A DNA stretch of 64,000 nucleotides from an uncultured Puniceicoccaceae bacterium (GCA_963933925.1 CAWVWU010000001.1:1231-65230), one strand, 5' to 3'. Positions 17,501-26,600 are shown, counted from the stretch's first letter. Numbers and translations: made by a program. Notes: generated from the sequence alone by a model not told the origin.

Positions 17501-19901
17501 CGGTATTTAAACTTGTGATACGCGGGTCTCGCTTCTTCGCCCGTTCGAATTCCTGCTGCATCTCCTCTATTTGAGAAAACTGGCTCAGTTCGGAGCTTTT
17601 GTTCTCAGGCATCTCGAAGAACTGCTCCATCACAGCCATCCACAGCCGGTTCTGTTCGATGGTCAGGTTCAGCCTATGAATCCTTTCCCTTGCTTCTTCC
17701 TGGTCCCTGACGAGCGCTCTTGCTTGAAAAACGCGAGAGCGGTTCTCCCGCCGTTCGAGGAAGTCCTGGCGTTCCAGCAAGGCGATCGCGGTTTGAGTCT
17801 TCGTCTTTCGATTGCCGCCCTGTTCTCCGTCGAAGGAAATGCCGCTCGACGATTTGCTCGACAGGATTTCGTCAACGGTCAGCACGATCGCGCCGTTTTC
17901 GTCCGACCTCGCGCTTCGGATCGTTCTCCAGATTATCTGGATGTCCTTTTTGGTTATCTTAGAGAATGCTACGAAGCTGTGCTGAGTTTCGAGGTCTCCC
18001 TCGTTGAAGAGCAGGATGCATTCTGCTTCCGCCCCGTCCCGGCCGGCTCTGCCAGCTTCCTGAAGGTAGTTCTCCAGCGAGCCAGGTGAATCCACGTGAA
18101 TGACATAGCGAATATCCGGCTTGTCCACTCCCATTCCGAACGCGTTGGTCGATACGATGATCTTAAGCGTTCCACCGAGGAATCCTTCCAGAATTTGCTT
18201 CTTTTCCTCGGATTCCAGTCCGGCGTGATAGGCCTTGGCTTTCCATCCCTTGAGGCAAAGGTTCTCCGCGTATTCCTGCGTTGTGGCGCGGGTTGCGGCG
18301 AATATAACGACCGATCCCTTGTCTTCATAGACTGGAATCTCGCCGTAGTAGCTTGAAAGGATTTCAACTACCCTTTGCTGTTTGGCCGAAGAGTTAACGC
18401 TTTCGACTGTATAGTTAAGGTTGTCTCTGTCCGTACCGCCATCGTTCAGGGCGATCTTTACCCCAAGCTCCGTTTCGAAATGGGAGCAGATGTCATCCTT
18501 GACATCCTTTTTGGCGGTTGCTGTCAGGGCCATTATTATGGGGCAGTCCAACCCTTGCTCCTCGGCAAGCTTGCGGATGAATTTGGCAGCATAGAGGTAG
18601 TCCGGGCGAAAGTCGTGGCCCCACTTGGAAAGACAATGGGCCTCGTCGAAGATCCAGAAGGCGATCTCGCGATTCTTGATTGCATTCCTAAAGGCGTTGC
18701 TGCGCAACTGTTCCGGCGCCACATAGATCAGGCCGACGCTGCCGTGGGAGATGTCGTGCAGGCACGCCTGGCGTTCGAGAGGGGTCAGCATGCCGTAGAG
18801 GGCGTTGCAGTGCAGGATACCAACGCGGCTTCTCAGATTCTCCACTTGATCCTTCATCAAGGACTGTAGTGGCGAAACGATGACCGAAAGCGCCCCGGTG
18901 CATTCGTATCGATGGAGAGCGGGTATTTGGAAGCAGATCGATTTGCCGCCGCCAGTCGGTAAAATAGAGAGGCTCGATTCCCCTTGCATAGCGATAGCTA
19001 CGATCTGTTCCTGCAGGCTCTTGTCCGGCTCTCCCGGGACGCAAGGTTCAGCCCGAAATGAAGGGAAATGGAAATAGCGTTGCAGGGACTTGGCCGGCGA
19101 ATGCATCTCCGAGCAGTAGACGCATTCCGCCAAACCGCAGTGGACGGTACGAACGGCGTGCAGGTAGCCCCGAATCTTTGGAAAGCGGTGGCAGAGCCAG
19201 TAGGGAAGGACTGAATCGGCTCCGGCCACGTTAAGCCAGGAGTGTATGAATCCGTAGACGAGGTAGTCTTCGGGTTCAGCAATGCTCGGCAGGTTTTCGT
19301 GGCAGCACCTGCCGTAATTGAGGGACTTGAAACTCGCTATAAAGCTCGTGCTTTGGCAATCTGCTTCGTCGCCTTGGGCGGTAGTCGGCTCTTGCGAGCC
19401 TAGGAGTTTAAGCAATCTAGCGGTACCTGGAAGCCCAGCCGCGAGGAAAGTCGTCGCGTAGAATCCTAGGTCGACCGGGCTGGACTTGGATAGCGCGATG
19501 ACGCACTCTTGCAGCACTTTGGAGCAGCAGGTTGAATCCGCGACGGGATCGTTGCGGGAGGCGCTGACAAGTTTCCCTTCCTTTACAAGTGCATGGTAAG
19601 GTTTCTTGGGAAACGCCAGCGGCGATAGCAAAAGCGTATCCAATCGCTTTTCTTTCATTATGCTTCCGAATGGAGTCTTCTCCAGAAGTGGGAAATCGTG
19701 GAGCAACGAATTATGCCCGCATACGAAATCCGCTTCGTTGGCCCAGATTCGCAGGATAGGCAACGCTTCCTGGACCGCTTTGGCATTGCTCGCCCTCAGT
19801 GGCTTTCGATCTCCGAATACAGCGCCTAGTCCGTAGATCGTACCTTCGTCACTGGTTTCTATATCGAGAAATAGGATACGTTCAATTGCTGGATTCATCA
19901 A
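14598..19901 (-). CDS. Multidomain DnaQ-like exonuclease + RecQ (SF2) helicase + UvrD/Rep (SF1) helicase fusion, 1767 aa
   Basis: FLDIETS/GHNSLLHD (DEDD-like); PTGGGKS, DEAHC..WGHDFRPDY, TATA, QEAGRAGRDG (RecQ); AGPGSGKT, VDEYQD, GDDDQSIY, NYRS, STAHKAKGLEF, YVAMTRA (UvrD). Confidence 0.9.
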   Translation of the reverse strand: MMNPAIERILFLDIETSDEGTIYGLGAVFGDRKPLRASNAKAVQEALPILRIWANEADFVCGHNSLLHDFPLLEKTPFGSIMKEKRLDTLLLSPLAFPKKPYHALVKEGKLVSASRNDPVADSTCCSKVLQECVIALSKSSPVDLGFYATTFLAAGLPGTARLLKLLGSQEPTTAQGDEADCQSTSFIASFKSLNYGRCCHENLPSIAEPEDYLVYGFIHSWLNVAGADSVLPYWLCHRFPKIRGYLHAVRTVHCGLAECVYCSEMHSPAKSLQRYFHFPSFRAEPCVPGEPDKSLQEQIVAIAMQGESSLSILPTGGGKSICFQIPALHRYECTGALSVIVSPLQSLMKDQVENLRSRVGILHCNALYGMLTPLERQACLHDISHGSVGLIYVAPEQLRSNAFRNAIKNREIAFWIFDEAHCLSKWGHDFRPDYLYAAKFIRKLAEEQGLDCPIIMALTATAKKDVKDDICSHFETELGVKIALNDGGTDRDNLNYTVESVNSSAKQQRVVEILSSYYGEIPVYEDKGSVVIFAATRATTQEYAENLCLKGWKAKAYHAGLESEEKKQILEGFLGGTLKIIVSTNAFGMGVDKPDIRYVIHVDSPGSLENYLQEAGRAGRDGAEAECILLFNEGDLETQHSFVAFSKITKKDIQIIWRTIRSARSDENGAIVLTVDEILSSKSSSGISFDGEQGGNRKTKTQTAIALLERQDFLERRENRSRVFQARALVRDQEEARERIHRLNLTIEQNRLWMAVMEQFFEMPENKSSELSQFSQIEEMQQEFERAKKRDPRITSLNTVVFRVLNEMAKPEAALLKKDLLFTAFLQSGNQSPSKKLLLLSQLEAALIKLMQVEEPAVDGACILNLRKANEALCRSGLRSHADTLGRTVKYLRDDWTKLENGIPGVEVSQSSSDTMKFLLRSTWDEVLRLSAIRRDLAALILDLLQSKHETRPDDIVSFSESELVDHVVGDLSGIAKQVKSLPEALHHALLWMHDSKVIELQQGKSLITSAMTLYLKDHKKGRRARLFTNGDYAPLAVHFVEKILQVHIIGEYANKGIKEIGTHLHFIKEYFRMEGDRFIKRFFTGKEKYLEYATGIESYRKIYESLGNPKQQAIVASRERNNILTLAGPGSGKTRVIVHRCAWLLRVDRVRGQGIVILCFNRFAALDIRRRLWGLVEKDASAVTIQTFHGLALKILGRTMADLDEGVGDGKLSFEELIPAANRMLKSEEVPIGMEADEFREKLVGNLTHILVDEYQDIGPDAYELVSLIAGKSKESEEDKLSIMAVGDDDQSIYGFAGANVEFIRRYETDYANSVGEGGNESSFIERHYLIENYRSTENIIAASNHLISLNKDRMKIEYPIQRNRDRRAEHAGGILEELDPIAKGRVQIIEADGRVHQAEACVAEIFRLKGILVDADWKDFCVFARTNQALTIVRLILEDAGVAVAILGEEGMPRLRRARTIHRWIESLKAKRDEFWTGVQLQEKLRDFLSTNDLNDPHGQVLESIASSFYGETGGTEQRVADIDLFFSEMVTEKDRNSSREGVRLSTAHKAKGLEFDHVFILDGAWNPRTNSRREIEEERRIFYVAMTRAKKSLAIVRLNESGNRFVEEIVSPDTIERRIDTDRSSADKLEIRCSLLSLDELWIDFAATRRNGNGSLLAIERLQTNELVHLHSYSTPEEQVRIEIRNDEGITVACLSRKGVENWRRRIDGILKVTVIGIHIRKSSDGENDHAKNALHQTEWGIPICEVYYKTPNPPSLSRLPKK

Positions 19902-19952
19902 TTCGAGGAAACGATAGTGTGAAAAACTAGACGCGATAAGGAGGTTGGTTCT

Positions 19953-20966
19953 TCAACGATCATTTGAAGTGGATGGGTGTGGGATGCACGCTGCTTTGGT
20001 TGGTTTCAGTTTTTTGATGGCCTCGCGTAGGTATTTGAAGTTTATGTTTTCTCCTTCGAACATTGGGTATCTAACTCCATCGATGGTGATGCTAAATTTC
20101 TTTTTTGATAAATCGCACTGGTAGGTCGCCTTACAGGTAATCGTTTCGCTTACATTAGTGTGATCCAAAATATAAGTACGAATACTGTTTAGAGCATCTT
20201 TGAGTGGGGTTATTGTCGTGTTGTTCGTTGCTGAAGTATATTTAGATCTATTCTCTTGGACCTGAAAAAAGATAGAAATCACAATTGCGGCTTCTTTGGG
20301 TTTTTCTTGTTTGAGTAGTCTTCCAACGAGTTCTGTTGAACCTATTAAAAAGAGTATCTCTTCGACGGATTTAGAGTTGGCGTGGAAGTCTGTTGCTCGT
20401 TCCTCTATGGAAAGAAGACGTCTTGCTGCTTCGAATTGTTGTTTCCCAAAGCCCGATCCATTAAACAAATCGTGATTAATATCGTTGATTTTTAGGAAGA
20501 ACGTGTTGCGTGCCAGCGAGTGCTCGTAACTGAAACGCAATGTAGCATCTTCGTCTATTTTAAGCGTCTTTGTCAGAAATTCATTTATTGCACCCGCTAG
20601 ACTAATAGCCGGCATTATAGATAGGATATTGAGAGACGGCCGTTTTGAAGAAATCTTTCCGAATCTTGCATCGAAGTCTTGTTGATAGAAGTGTGCTAGG
20701 ATCGCACTTGCTCTAATCGCTGCGGAAGCATCACCTTTCTTAAGAAGGTCTGAGACGAGGTCGAATACTCCATGAAAGAAGAGAACAGCCTCCGTGTTCG
20801 TTGGCTTTTCATCGCGTTTGATTTCTGTCTTGGGAACTTGCTTTGGTTTGTTTTGCTTTGGTGGTTCTTTATCGAGCTGGATTTGACACTTTGGGTTTGT
20901 TATGACGAGGACGATTGAGATCGGATGGACGACGTAAGCCCTTCCACTAAAAGCTCTTTCTATCAT
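19953..20966 (-). CDS. Hypothetical protein with two-fold internal domain duplication
   Basis: 337-aa ORF, visibly AT-rich, 52 nt upstream of the helicase fusion; repeated units starting EAVLFFHG and EEILFLIG; start uncertain. Confidence 0.65.
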   Translation of the reverse strand: MIERAFSGRAYVVHPISIVLVITNPKCQIQLDKEPPKQNKPKQVPKTEIKRDEKPTNTEAVLFFHGVFDLVSDLLKKGDASAAIRASAILAHFYQQDFDARFGKISSKRPSLNILSIMPAISLAGAINEFLTKTLKIDEDATLRFSYEHSLARNTFFLKINDINHDLFNGSGFGKQQFEAARRLLSIEERATDFHANSKSVEEILFLIGSTELVGRLLKQEKPKEAAIVISIFFQVQENRSKYTSATNNTTITPLKDALNSIRTYILDHTNVSETITCKATYQCDLSKKKFSITIDGVRYPMFEGENINFKYLREAIKKLKPTKAACIPHPSTSNDR

Positions 20967-21251
20967 GTGTGTGCCACTATTAGTTTTTGGGCACTTCCCG
21001 GTGGTGTTGTATTATCTATACCTTTTGTTGTGTTTGGGGCGATGGCCTATCCAACCATTGTGCTATTCTGGCTCGGTATCTTGTGTGGTTTTGTCGGTCT
21101 AGTGGGTATATTGAAATACGGGCGGAAGGGGCTTTTGTGGAAAAGTTTAGCCGGGGTTTTTATACCTGTTTTTGTGTTTATCTGTGCTGTGACCAGTTTC
21201 GCGGATTCGTTGGATGGTTTTATGGACAATTTTAAAGAAGGAATTGATTGA
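20925..21251 (+). CDS. Small membrane protein
   Basis: Three hydrophobic segments; start uncertain because it overlaps the divergent ORF by 42 nt. Confidence 0.5.
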   Translation: MDDVSPSTKSSFYHVCATISFWALPGGVVLSIPFVVFGAMAYPTIVLFWLGILCGFVGLVGILKYGRKGLLWKSLAGVFIPVFVFICAVTSFADSLDGFMDNFKEGID

Positions 21252-21281
21252 GCAATAAGGGCTCTTTTGTTCTTCCGGGGG

Positions 21282-21830
21282 CTATTTCCAGGGGCGGGTG
21301 CTGTCGTTGGTGATGGGGCGTGTGCTTTGTTGAGAGAGAGTTTGGATAAAGGCGTCTAGCTCGCCAGATATGATACCGTCTTTGGGGATCATTATGGAGT
21401 TGGTGTTCTCTAGGTTAACGAGGTAAAGACTTTTTATTTCGGTAATGGATTGGATTGACGCGAATTGGGCGGTGCCGCCGAGGTTGAGTTCTTGGGAATT
21501 AAGGCCAGTCGCGTCGAGGGAGAGAGTGGCTTCGACGCCGATGTTGGAGCCTTCCATTTTGTGTATTTGCTTTTTGAAGTGTTGGGTGAAGCGCCAATGG
21601 GTGTACTTCTTGTTGAAGATAAACCAGAGGCCGCAGTAGAAGAGCAAGCAGGCGGACATGGTGGTTTCGCCGCGGATAAAGGCGAAGAATCCGAGGAGTG
21701 CACCGAGCAGAATCGGGAGTAGAAGAGTGCGAAAGCGTTGTTGGCAATGACTTGGAATTAGGAGCGTGGTGTACATCTGAAACTCGAGGTAGTCGGTTTC
21801 GGTAAGACTGTATCGAATTGAGGAAGTCAT
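21282..21830 (-). CDS. YcxB-family membrane protein
   Basis: YSLTETDYLEFQMY, two TM helices, EIKSLYLVNLENTNSIMIPK. Confidence 0.7.
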   Translation of the reverse strand: MTSSIRYSLTETDYLEFQMYTTLLIPSHCQQRFRTLLLPILLGALLGFFAFIRGETTMSACLLFYCGLWFIFNKKYTHWRFTQHFKKQIHKMEGSNIGVEATLSLDATGLNSQELNLGGTAQFASIQSITEIKSLYLVNLENTNSIMIPKDGIISGELDAFIQTLSQQSTRPITNDSTRPWK

Positions 21831-22172
21831 GAATGGGAGAAATAGGAAATTCGTTTCGAGTATGGGGCGTGGGGTCGTTGTACCTGTATTTTTATAACCT
21901 TTTGGGGTGGGTTGATTCTAATCCGATGATCAACCATGCACAATTCGCTTTCTTTATAACTCGGGCTGTTGAGCTTGAAAACGTGCCATGCTTTCGGAGT
22001 TCGTCGAATGACGATTGGAATTTGTTAAGGGGAATTGATCTGGGTATTCACTTCAAGGTGGATACCTGTTTTTTTTGTGGCGTTGGCGACGTGGTCGTCG
22101 GCGTTCTCGTGAGAGGGGCAGCCTTCGGCAGGACCTCTAACTAGCAGAGCTAGTTAGAAGTCTTGGCGAAAC

Positions 22173-22529
22173 TGGTGGAGGTGGCGGGAATTGAACCCGC
22201 GTCCCTCGAGCCTTTGCGCAAGGCGTCTACATGTTTGTCTTCGTTTTTATTCTCGCTAATACAGACGCGACGAAACCGCGCTTCTGTATTCGCTAGCCCA
22301 CTGAGGAAGTACGATTTAGGCGCAGCAGATAGCCACCTAAACTATGCTCGTTGTCGTCGCTCCACTCTACCTAACGAGTATCAGTAGGGGAACGTAGCTG
22401 AACTAAGCAGCTAGAGGCATTTCTTCAAATGTGCCATTTAGTTTTTTTGATGGAAGATTAAAGAGGCCAACCATCATCCTCTACATGCAGCCAGACGCTC
22501 CAACAAAAGGTCGAATCCAGAACACCCCC
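22173..22529 (-). ncRNA. ssrA: tmRNA
   Basis: 5' GGGGGUGUUCUGGAUUCGAC; 3' GACGCGGGUUCAAUUCCCGCCACCUCCACCA; tag ORF 22435-22403 encodes GTFEEMPLAA*; 357 nt. Confidence 0.97.
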
Positions 22530-22555
22530 AGTAGCGAGCAGAGCTCGCGAAAGTA

Positions 22556-22583
22556 TGAATATTGAAGTGTGAATTGTGAAATT
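22556..22583 (+). repeat. TGAA-led heptamer repeat x4
   Basis: TGAATAT TGAAGTG TGAATTG TGAAATT, just 5' of tmRNA. Confidence 0.65.
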
Positions 22584-22721
22584 CAGACTTCGACTTGTTG
22601 TGAGATACCGCTTTCGCGGTAGTTTGACTTGTGGTCAAAGAACGTAAAAGAGAGATAATCGCGCGTGTTTTGGTGGAAATCAAGGTTGATTACGTGCGAG
22701 GATGTTTATTTATTTTGTGTA

Positions 22722-24209
22722 ATGGCAACTGATACTTCCCCTGATCTTCTTTCCTCTGTCGCTAATTATTTTTCTCGTGCGTGGGAGGTGGCCTCGGGGC
22801 CGTTTAGCTCTGAGAACCTCATGGTGGAGCTGGGGGCGATTGGAGGGGCGTTTGCCTTGGCGATTGTACTCTCACTGGTGTTGAGGCCGCTGTGTAATCG
22901 AATTACGGAGGCTATCGAGGAGCGGGATGACTGGATCGAAGGGATTGTTGATTGGCTGAGTGATAATTTGTTTAGGCTATTGCTGGCGTGTCTGTTGTGG
23001 TCGGCGTCGCTGGCGTTGGATTCGCATAGTGTGGGGTCGGTGGTTGTGGTTTCAGTCCCTGCGGAGTCTAGTGAAGCGGTGGTGACGGCTGCTGAAGGTG
23101 GGGCGGTGTTGGTTGAGCAGGGGCAGTCGATTCCGGGAGGGACCCGAGTTGTGGAGCGGAATTTTCTCTTGATTCGTGCGTTAGCGAGTTTGGCTACTTT
23201 GTTCTTTGTGTCGGGGGCACTGCCAACGCGAATGCTTTCGACTGCCTATTTTAAGGTATTCTTTTTTGTTTTGGCGATCGGACTTGTGTTGAATTTGGTG
23301 GGCCTTTGGGTACCGGTTCGAGACGGATTGAACGAGATTAAGCTGTTGCCAGTGAGTGAATCGACTGAGACGCGCGTTACGGTGCTGTCGTTGTTGAAGG
23401 GGATTTTGGCCATCATGTTGATGATACCTGCGTGTCGTGGGCTTTTGTCTCTTTTGGATCGTCGTGTTGAGAAGATGGACGCGGTTTCGCCTGTATTGCG
23501 TGTTCTGATTTCCAAGTTTATCTCGGTCTTAGTCATTATTTTGGCGGTGCTGTTTGGAATTAGCTCCTTGGGTGTTAATTTGTCTGCTTTGGCGGTGCTT
23601 GGTGGTGCGGTTGGTTTAGGACTAGGGTTTGGTTTTCAGAAGGTGGTTTCGAATTTGATTAGTGGGGTGATTTTGTTGACGGATCGGTCGATTAAGCCGG
23701 GCGATGTAATCGAAGTGGGTACGACCTATGGGTGGATCAATAAGTTGAGTGCTCGTTATGTGTCGGTGTTAACTCGGGATGGAACGGAGTTTTTGATACC
23801 GAACGAGACATTGATTACGGAGAAGGTGACTAATTGGTCGTTCAGTGATGATCGGGTGCGGGTGCGGGTGAAGTTTGGAGCATCGTATAATGCTGATCCG
23901 CGCGAGGTTATGGCTATGGCAGTTGAGGCGGGCAGGGCTTGTAAACGTGTTATTCCGGAGAAGGAACCAGTGTGTTGGATGCTTGGCTACGGTGATAGTT
24001 CGATAGATTTTGAGTTAAGAGTTTGGATACGTGACCCTGCAGAGGGGATTGGTAGCTTACGTAGTGAGATATTGTTACGACTTTGGGATATGTTTAAGGC
24101 GCGTGGAATTGAGATACCGTTTCCACAGCGTGATTTGCATATTCGTAGTGGGCTGCCGGCGAAAGGGGTATCTCGTGAAGAGTTTGGATCCACGAATAAA
24201 CGCCGATAG
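22722..24209 (+). CDS. mscS: MscS-family mechanosensitive channel
   Basis: GAVGLGLGFGFQKVVSNLISGVILL.DRSIKPGD, IPNE, GDSSIDFEL, IEIPFPQRDLH; ATG 22722 preferred. Confidence 0.9.
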   Translation: MATDTSPDLLSSVANYFSRAWEVASGPFSSENLMVELGAIGGAFALAIVLSLVLRPLCNRITEAIEERDDWIEGIVDWLSDNLFRLLLACLLWSASLALDSHSVGSVVVVSVPAESSEAVVTAAEGGAVLVEQGQSIPGGTRVVERNFLLIRALASLATLFFVSGALPTRMLSTAYFKVFFFVLAIGLVLNLVGLWVPVRDGLNEIKLLPVSESTETRVTVLSLLKGILAIMLMIPACRGLLSLLDRRVEKMDAVSPVLRVLISKFISVLVIILAVLFGISSLGVNLSALAVLGGAVGLGLGFGFQKVVSNLISGVILLTDRSIKPGDVIEVGTTYGWINKLSARYVSVLTRDGTEFLIPNETLITEKVTNWSFSDDRVRVRVKFGASYNADPREVMAMAVEAGRACKRVIPEKEPVCWMLGYGDSSIDFELRVWIRDPAEGIGSLRSEILLRLWDMFKARGIEIPFPQRDLHIRSGLPAKGVSREEFGSTNKRR

Positions 24210-24336
24210 ACACGGGATTTGTTGGCTTGTGTTTTTCTTGCTCACGAAGTTCACGAATATGCACGAAGACTGTGGGGGAGAATCAACACGGATATTATTG
24301 GGGCACTGTAACCTTTCCTGAATGTGGCGATGAGCC

Positions 24337-24365
24337 AAAAAAAAGACGCCCGGGTGGGCGTCTTG
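24337..24365 (-). terminator. Rho-independent terminator of mdh
   Basis: AAGACGCCC-GGGT-GGGCGTCTT hairpin with a U-run on the minus strand. Confidence 0.8.
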
Positions 24366-24395
24366 AAATGTTTGATTGGGTTGCGTCTTCTCTTA

Positions 24396-25376
24396 TTAGA
24401 GGAGGTCGCTGACCATTACCTTCTCTTCGCTGAGTTCGGCTTCGGTGGCTTTCGCTTTTTCGAGGCTGAAGTCATTGAGTTCTAGGCCTTCAACTACGGA
24501 TAGTTTTTTGCCGTCACTCTTCATTGGGTAGGAGTAGATGAGTCCCTTCTCGATGCCGTATTGACCATCTGAGCAAATGCCTACGCTGAACACATCGTCG
24601 GCTGGAGTTGGCGTAATAATTGAGCGTACAGTGTCGATTGCCGCGTTGGCAGCAGACGCAGCAGATGAGAGGCCACGTGCCTTGATGATCGCGGCACCGC
24701 GTTGTTGTACGGTTGGGATAAAGCTATCCTTGAACCATGCATCATCTCCGATGACTTCGGTGGCTGCTTTGCCGCCGATCTTTGTTTCGAAGTAATTGGG
24801 GTACATGGTTGAGGAATGGTTACCCCAGATTGCGAGATTCTTGACTTCGGTCGTGTCGACACCTGCCTTGATGGCGAGTTGTGACTTGGCGCGATTTTCG
24901 TCGAGCTTGGTCATCGCGAACCAACGATCCTTAGGAATGTCGGGTGCGTTGTTCATGGCGATCAAGCAATTGGTATTACAAGGATTGCCAACAACGAGGG
25001 TGCGGATGTCCGAAGCGGCGTTCGCTTGGATTGCCTTACCTTGGGAGGTGAAAATCTTACCGTTAATTCCTAGAAGGTCGGCACGTTCCATTCCCGCTTT
25101 GCGGGGTACGCTTCCAACAAGGAGTGCCCAGCTTGCGCTGTCGAATCCTTCGTTTACATCACAGGTTGGTACGATTCCTTTGAGGAGGGGAAATGCACAG
25201 TCTTGGAGCTCCATGACTACGCCTTCGAGGGCTTTCATGCCAGGCTCGATTTCAATCAGTCGTAATATGACTGGTTGATCGGGGCCTAGTAGTTGTCCCG
25301 ACGCAATGCGGAACAGCAGGGAATAACCAATTTGACCGGCGGCGCCGGTCACTGCAACGTGGACAGGTTGTTTCAT
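24396..25376 (-). CDS. mdh: Malate dehydrogenase
   Basis: [48 protein letters not shown]. Confidence 0.97.
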   Translation of the reverse strand: MKQPVHVAVTGAAGQIGYSLLFRIASGQLLGPDQPVILRLIEIEPGMKALEGVVMELQDCAFPLLKGIVPTCDVNEGFDSASWALLVGSVPRKAGMERADLLGINGKIFTSQGKAIQANAASDIRTLVVGNPCNTNCLIAMNNAPDIPKDRWFAMTKLDENRAKSQLAIKAGVDTTEVKNLAIWGNHSSTMYPNYFETKIGGKAATEVIGDDAWFKDSFIPTVQQRGAAIIKARGLSSAASAANAAIDTVRSIITPTPADDVFSVGICSDGQYGIEKGLIYSYPMKSDGKKLSVVEGLELNDFSLEKAKATEAELSEEKVMVSDLL

Positions 25377-25508
25377 AGCTTTGGGAGGTTATGAGTCTTG
25401 CTTATAGAATGCGATTAAAAACTCCCCTGCTTAGGGAGTTCTTAACGTGTGCTTTTAACTTAGATAAGCTTGGGTTATAGGTATCCATCAATAACCCGAT
25501 TTTAAGGC

Positions 25509-26600
25509 TTATGCTTTGGCGAAGCGTACTTCTAGGCTTTTGTATGCTTTGGTTACGGATTCTTCGGTCGTTGCCCAATCGATACATCCGTCTGTTATAG
25601 AGACGCCGTATTTAAGATTTTCCTTGGGAGCTGGGAAAGATTGGTTGCCGGTTCCGAGGTTGCTTTCGATCATCGTACCGGTGATGGCGTTGTTGCCATC
25701 GGTGATTTGCTGGATGACCTCTTCGAAGACAGCGGGTTGGCGTTGTGGATCTTTTGAGCTGTTGGCGTGGCTGCAGTCGACCATGATTGTTGCCTTGAGG
25801 CCTGCCTTTTCGATTTCTTGCACGGCTTTATTCACGCTGGCTGCGTCGAAGTTGGGCCCGTCTTTTCCTCCACGTAGAACGACGTGGCAGTCAGGGTTAC
25901 CGTTAGTCGTTACTTCGGAGGCTTGGCCTTGGGTGTTGATGCCGAGGAAAGTCTGTTTGTGGCTTGCGGCCTTAATAGCGTTGATTGCTACGGGGAGTCC
26001 GCCATCTGTGCCGTTTTTGAAGCCTACTGGCATGGAGAGTCCTGAAGCCATTTGGCGGTGAGTCTGTGACTCAGTGGTGCGGGCTCCGATCGCGGACCAT
26101 GAAACGAGGTCTGCGATGTACTGGGGAGTGATTGGGTCGAGAAGCTCTGTCGCGGTGGGGAGTTTGAGGTCGATGACTTGGCGTAGAAAGACTCGGGCGA
26201 CCTTGAGTCCCTTGGTGATGTTGCTACTGCCGTCGAGGTCTGGATCCATGATAAGCCCCTTCCAGCCGATGGAAGTACGTGGCTTTTCGAAGTAGACGCG
26301 CATCACAAGAAGAATGCGGTCTTTTATCTTCTCGTTTAGTTCGGCGAGCTTCTTGGCGTAGTCGAGACCAGCTTCGGTGTCGTGAATGGAGCAAGGCCCT
26401 ATTACTAGAAGGAGACGTGGGTCCTCTCCGAATATGATGCGTCTGATCTCTTCGCGGCTTTGGTTGATAAACTCCGCCTGTTCTTCGGTTTTCGCGATTT
26501 CGCCCATGAGCGAATCTGGAGTAGGAAGAGCGATCGTTTCGATCACGTTTATGTCTGAGGTCTTGTTCACTGTTCCGATAGTTGGAAGAGTGTGAGACAA
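25509..26600 (-). CDS. 3-deoxy-7-phosphoheptulonate (DAHP) synthase, class I-alpha (AroF/G/H type)
   Basis: GPCSIHD, RVYFEKPRT.IGWKGL, IGARTTESQTHR, GFKNGTDG, DCSHANS, SITDGC; TTG start. Confidence 0.95.
   Translation of the reverse strand: MSHTLPTIGTVNKTSDINVIETIALPTPDSLMGEIAKTEEQAEFINQSREEIRRIIFGEDPRLLLVIGPCSIHDTEAGLDYAKKLAELNEKIKDRILLVMRVYFEKPRTSIGWKGLIMDPDLDGSSNITKGLKVARVFLRQVIDLKLPTATELLDPITPQYIADLVSWSAIGARTTESQTHRQMASGLSMPVGFKNGTDGGLPVAINAIKAASHKQTFLGINTQGQASEVTTNGNPDCHVVLRGGKDGPNFDAASVNKAVQEIEKAGLKATIMVDCSHANSSKDPQRQPAVFEEVIQQITDGNNAITGTMIESNLGTGNQSFPAPKENLKYGVSITDGCIDWATTEESVTKAYKSLEVRFAKA

Noticed and set aside
21833-22144. Integrase remnant beside the tmRNA 3' end
   Set aside because: A minus-strand frame ...SFDELRKHGTF... 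is faintly recombinase-like, but the other catalytic motifs are absent and the frame is short.
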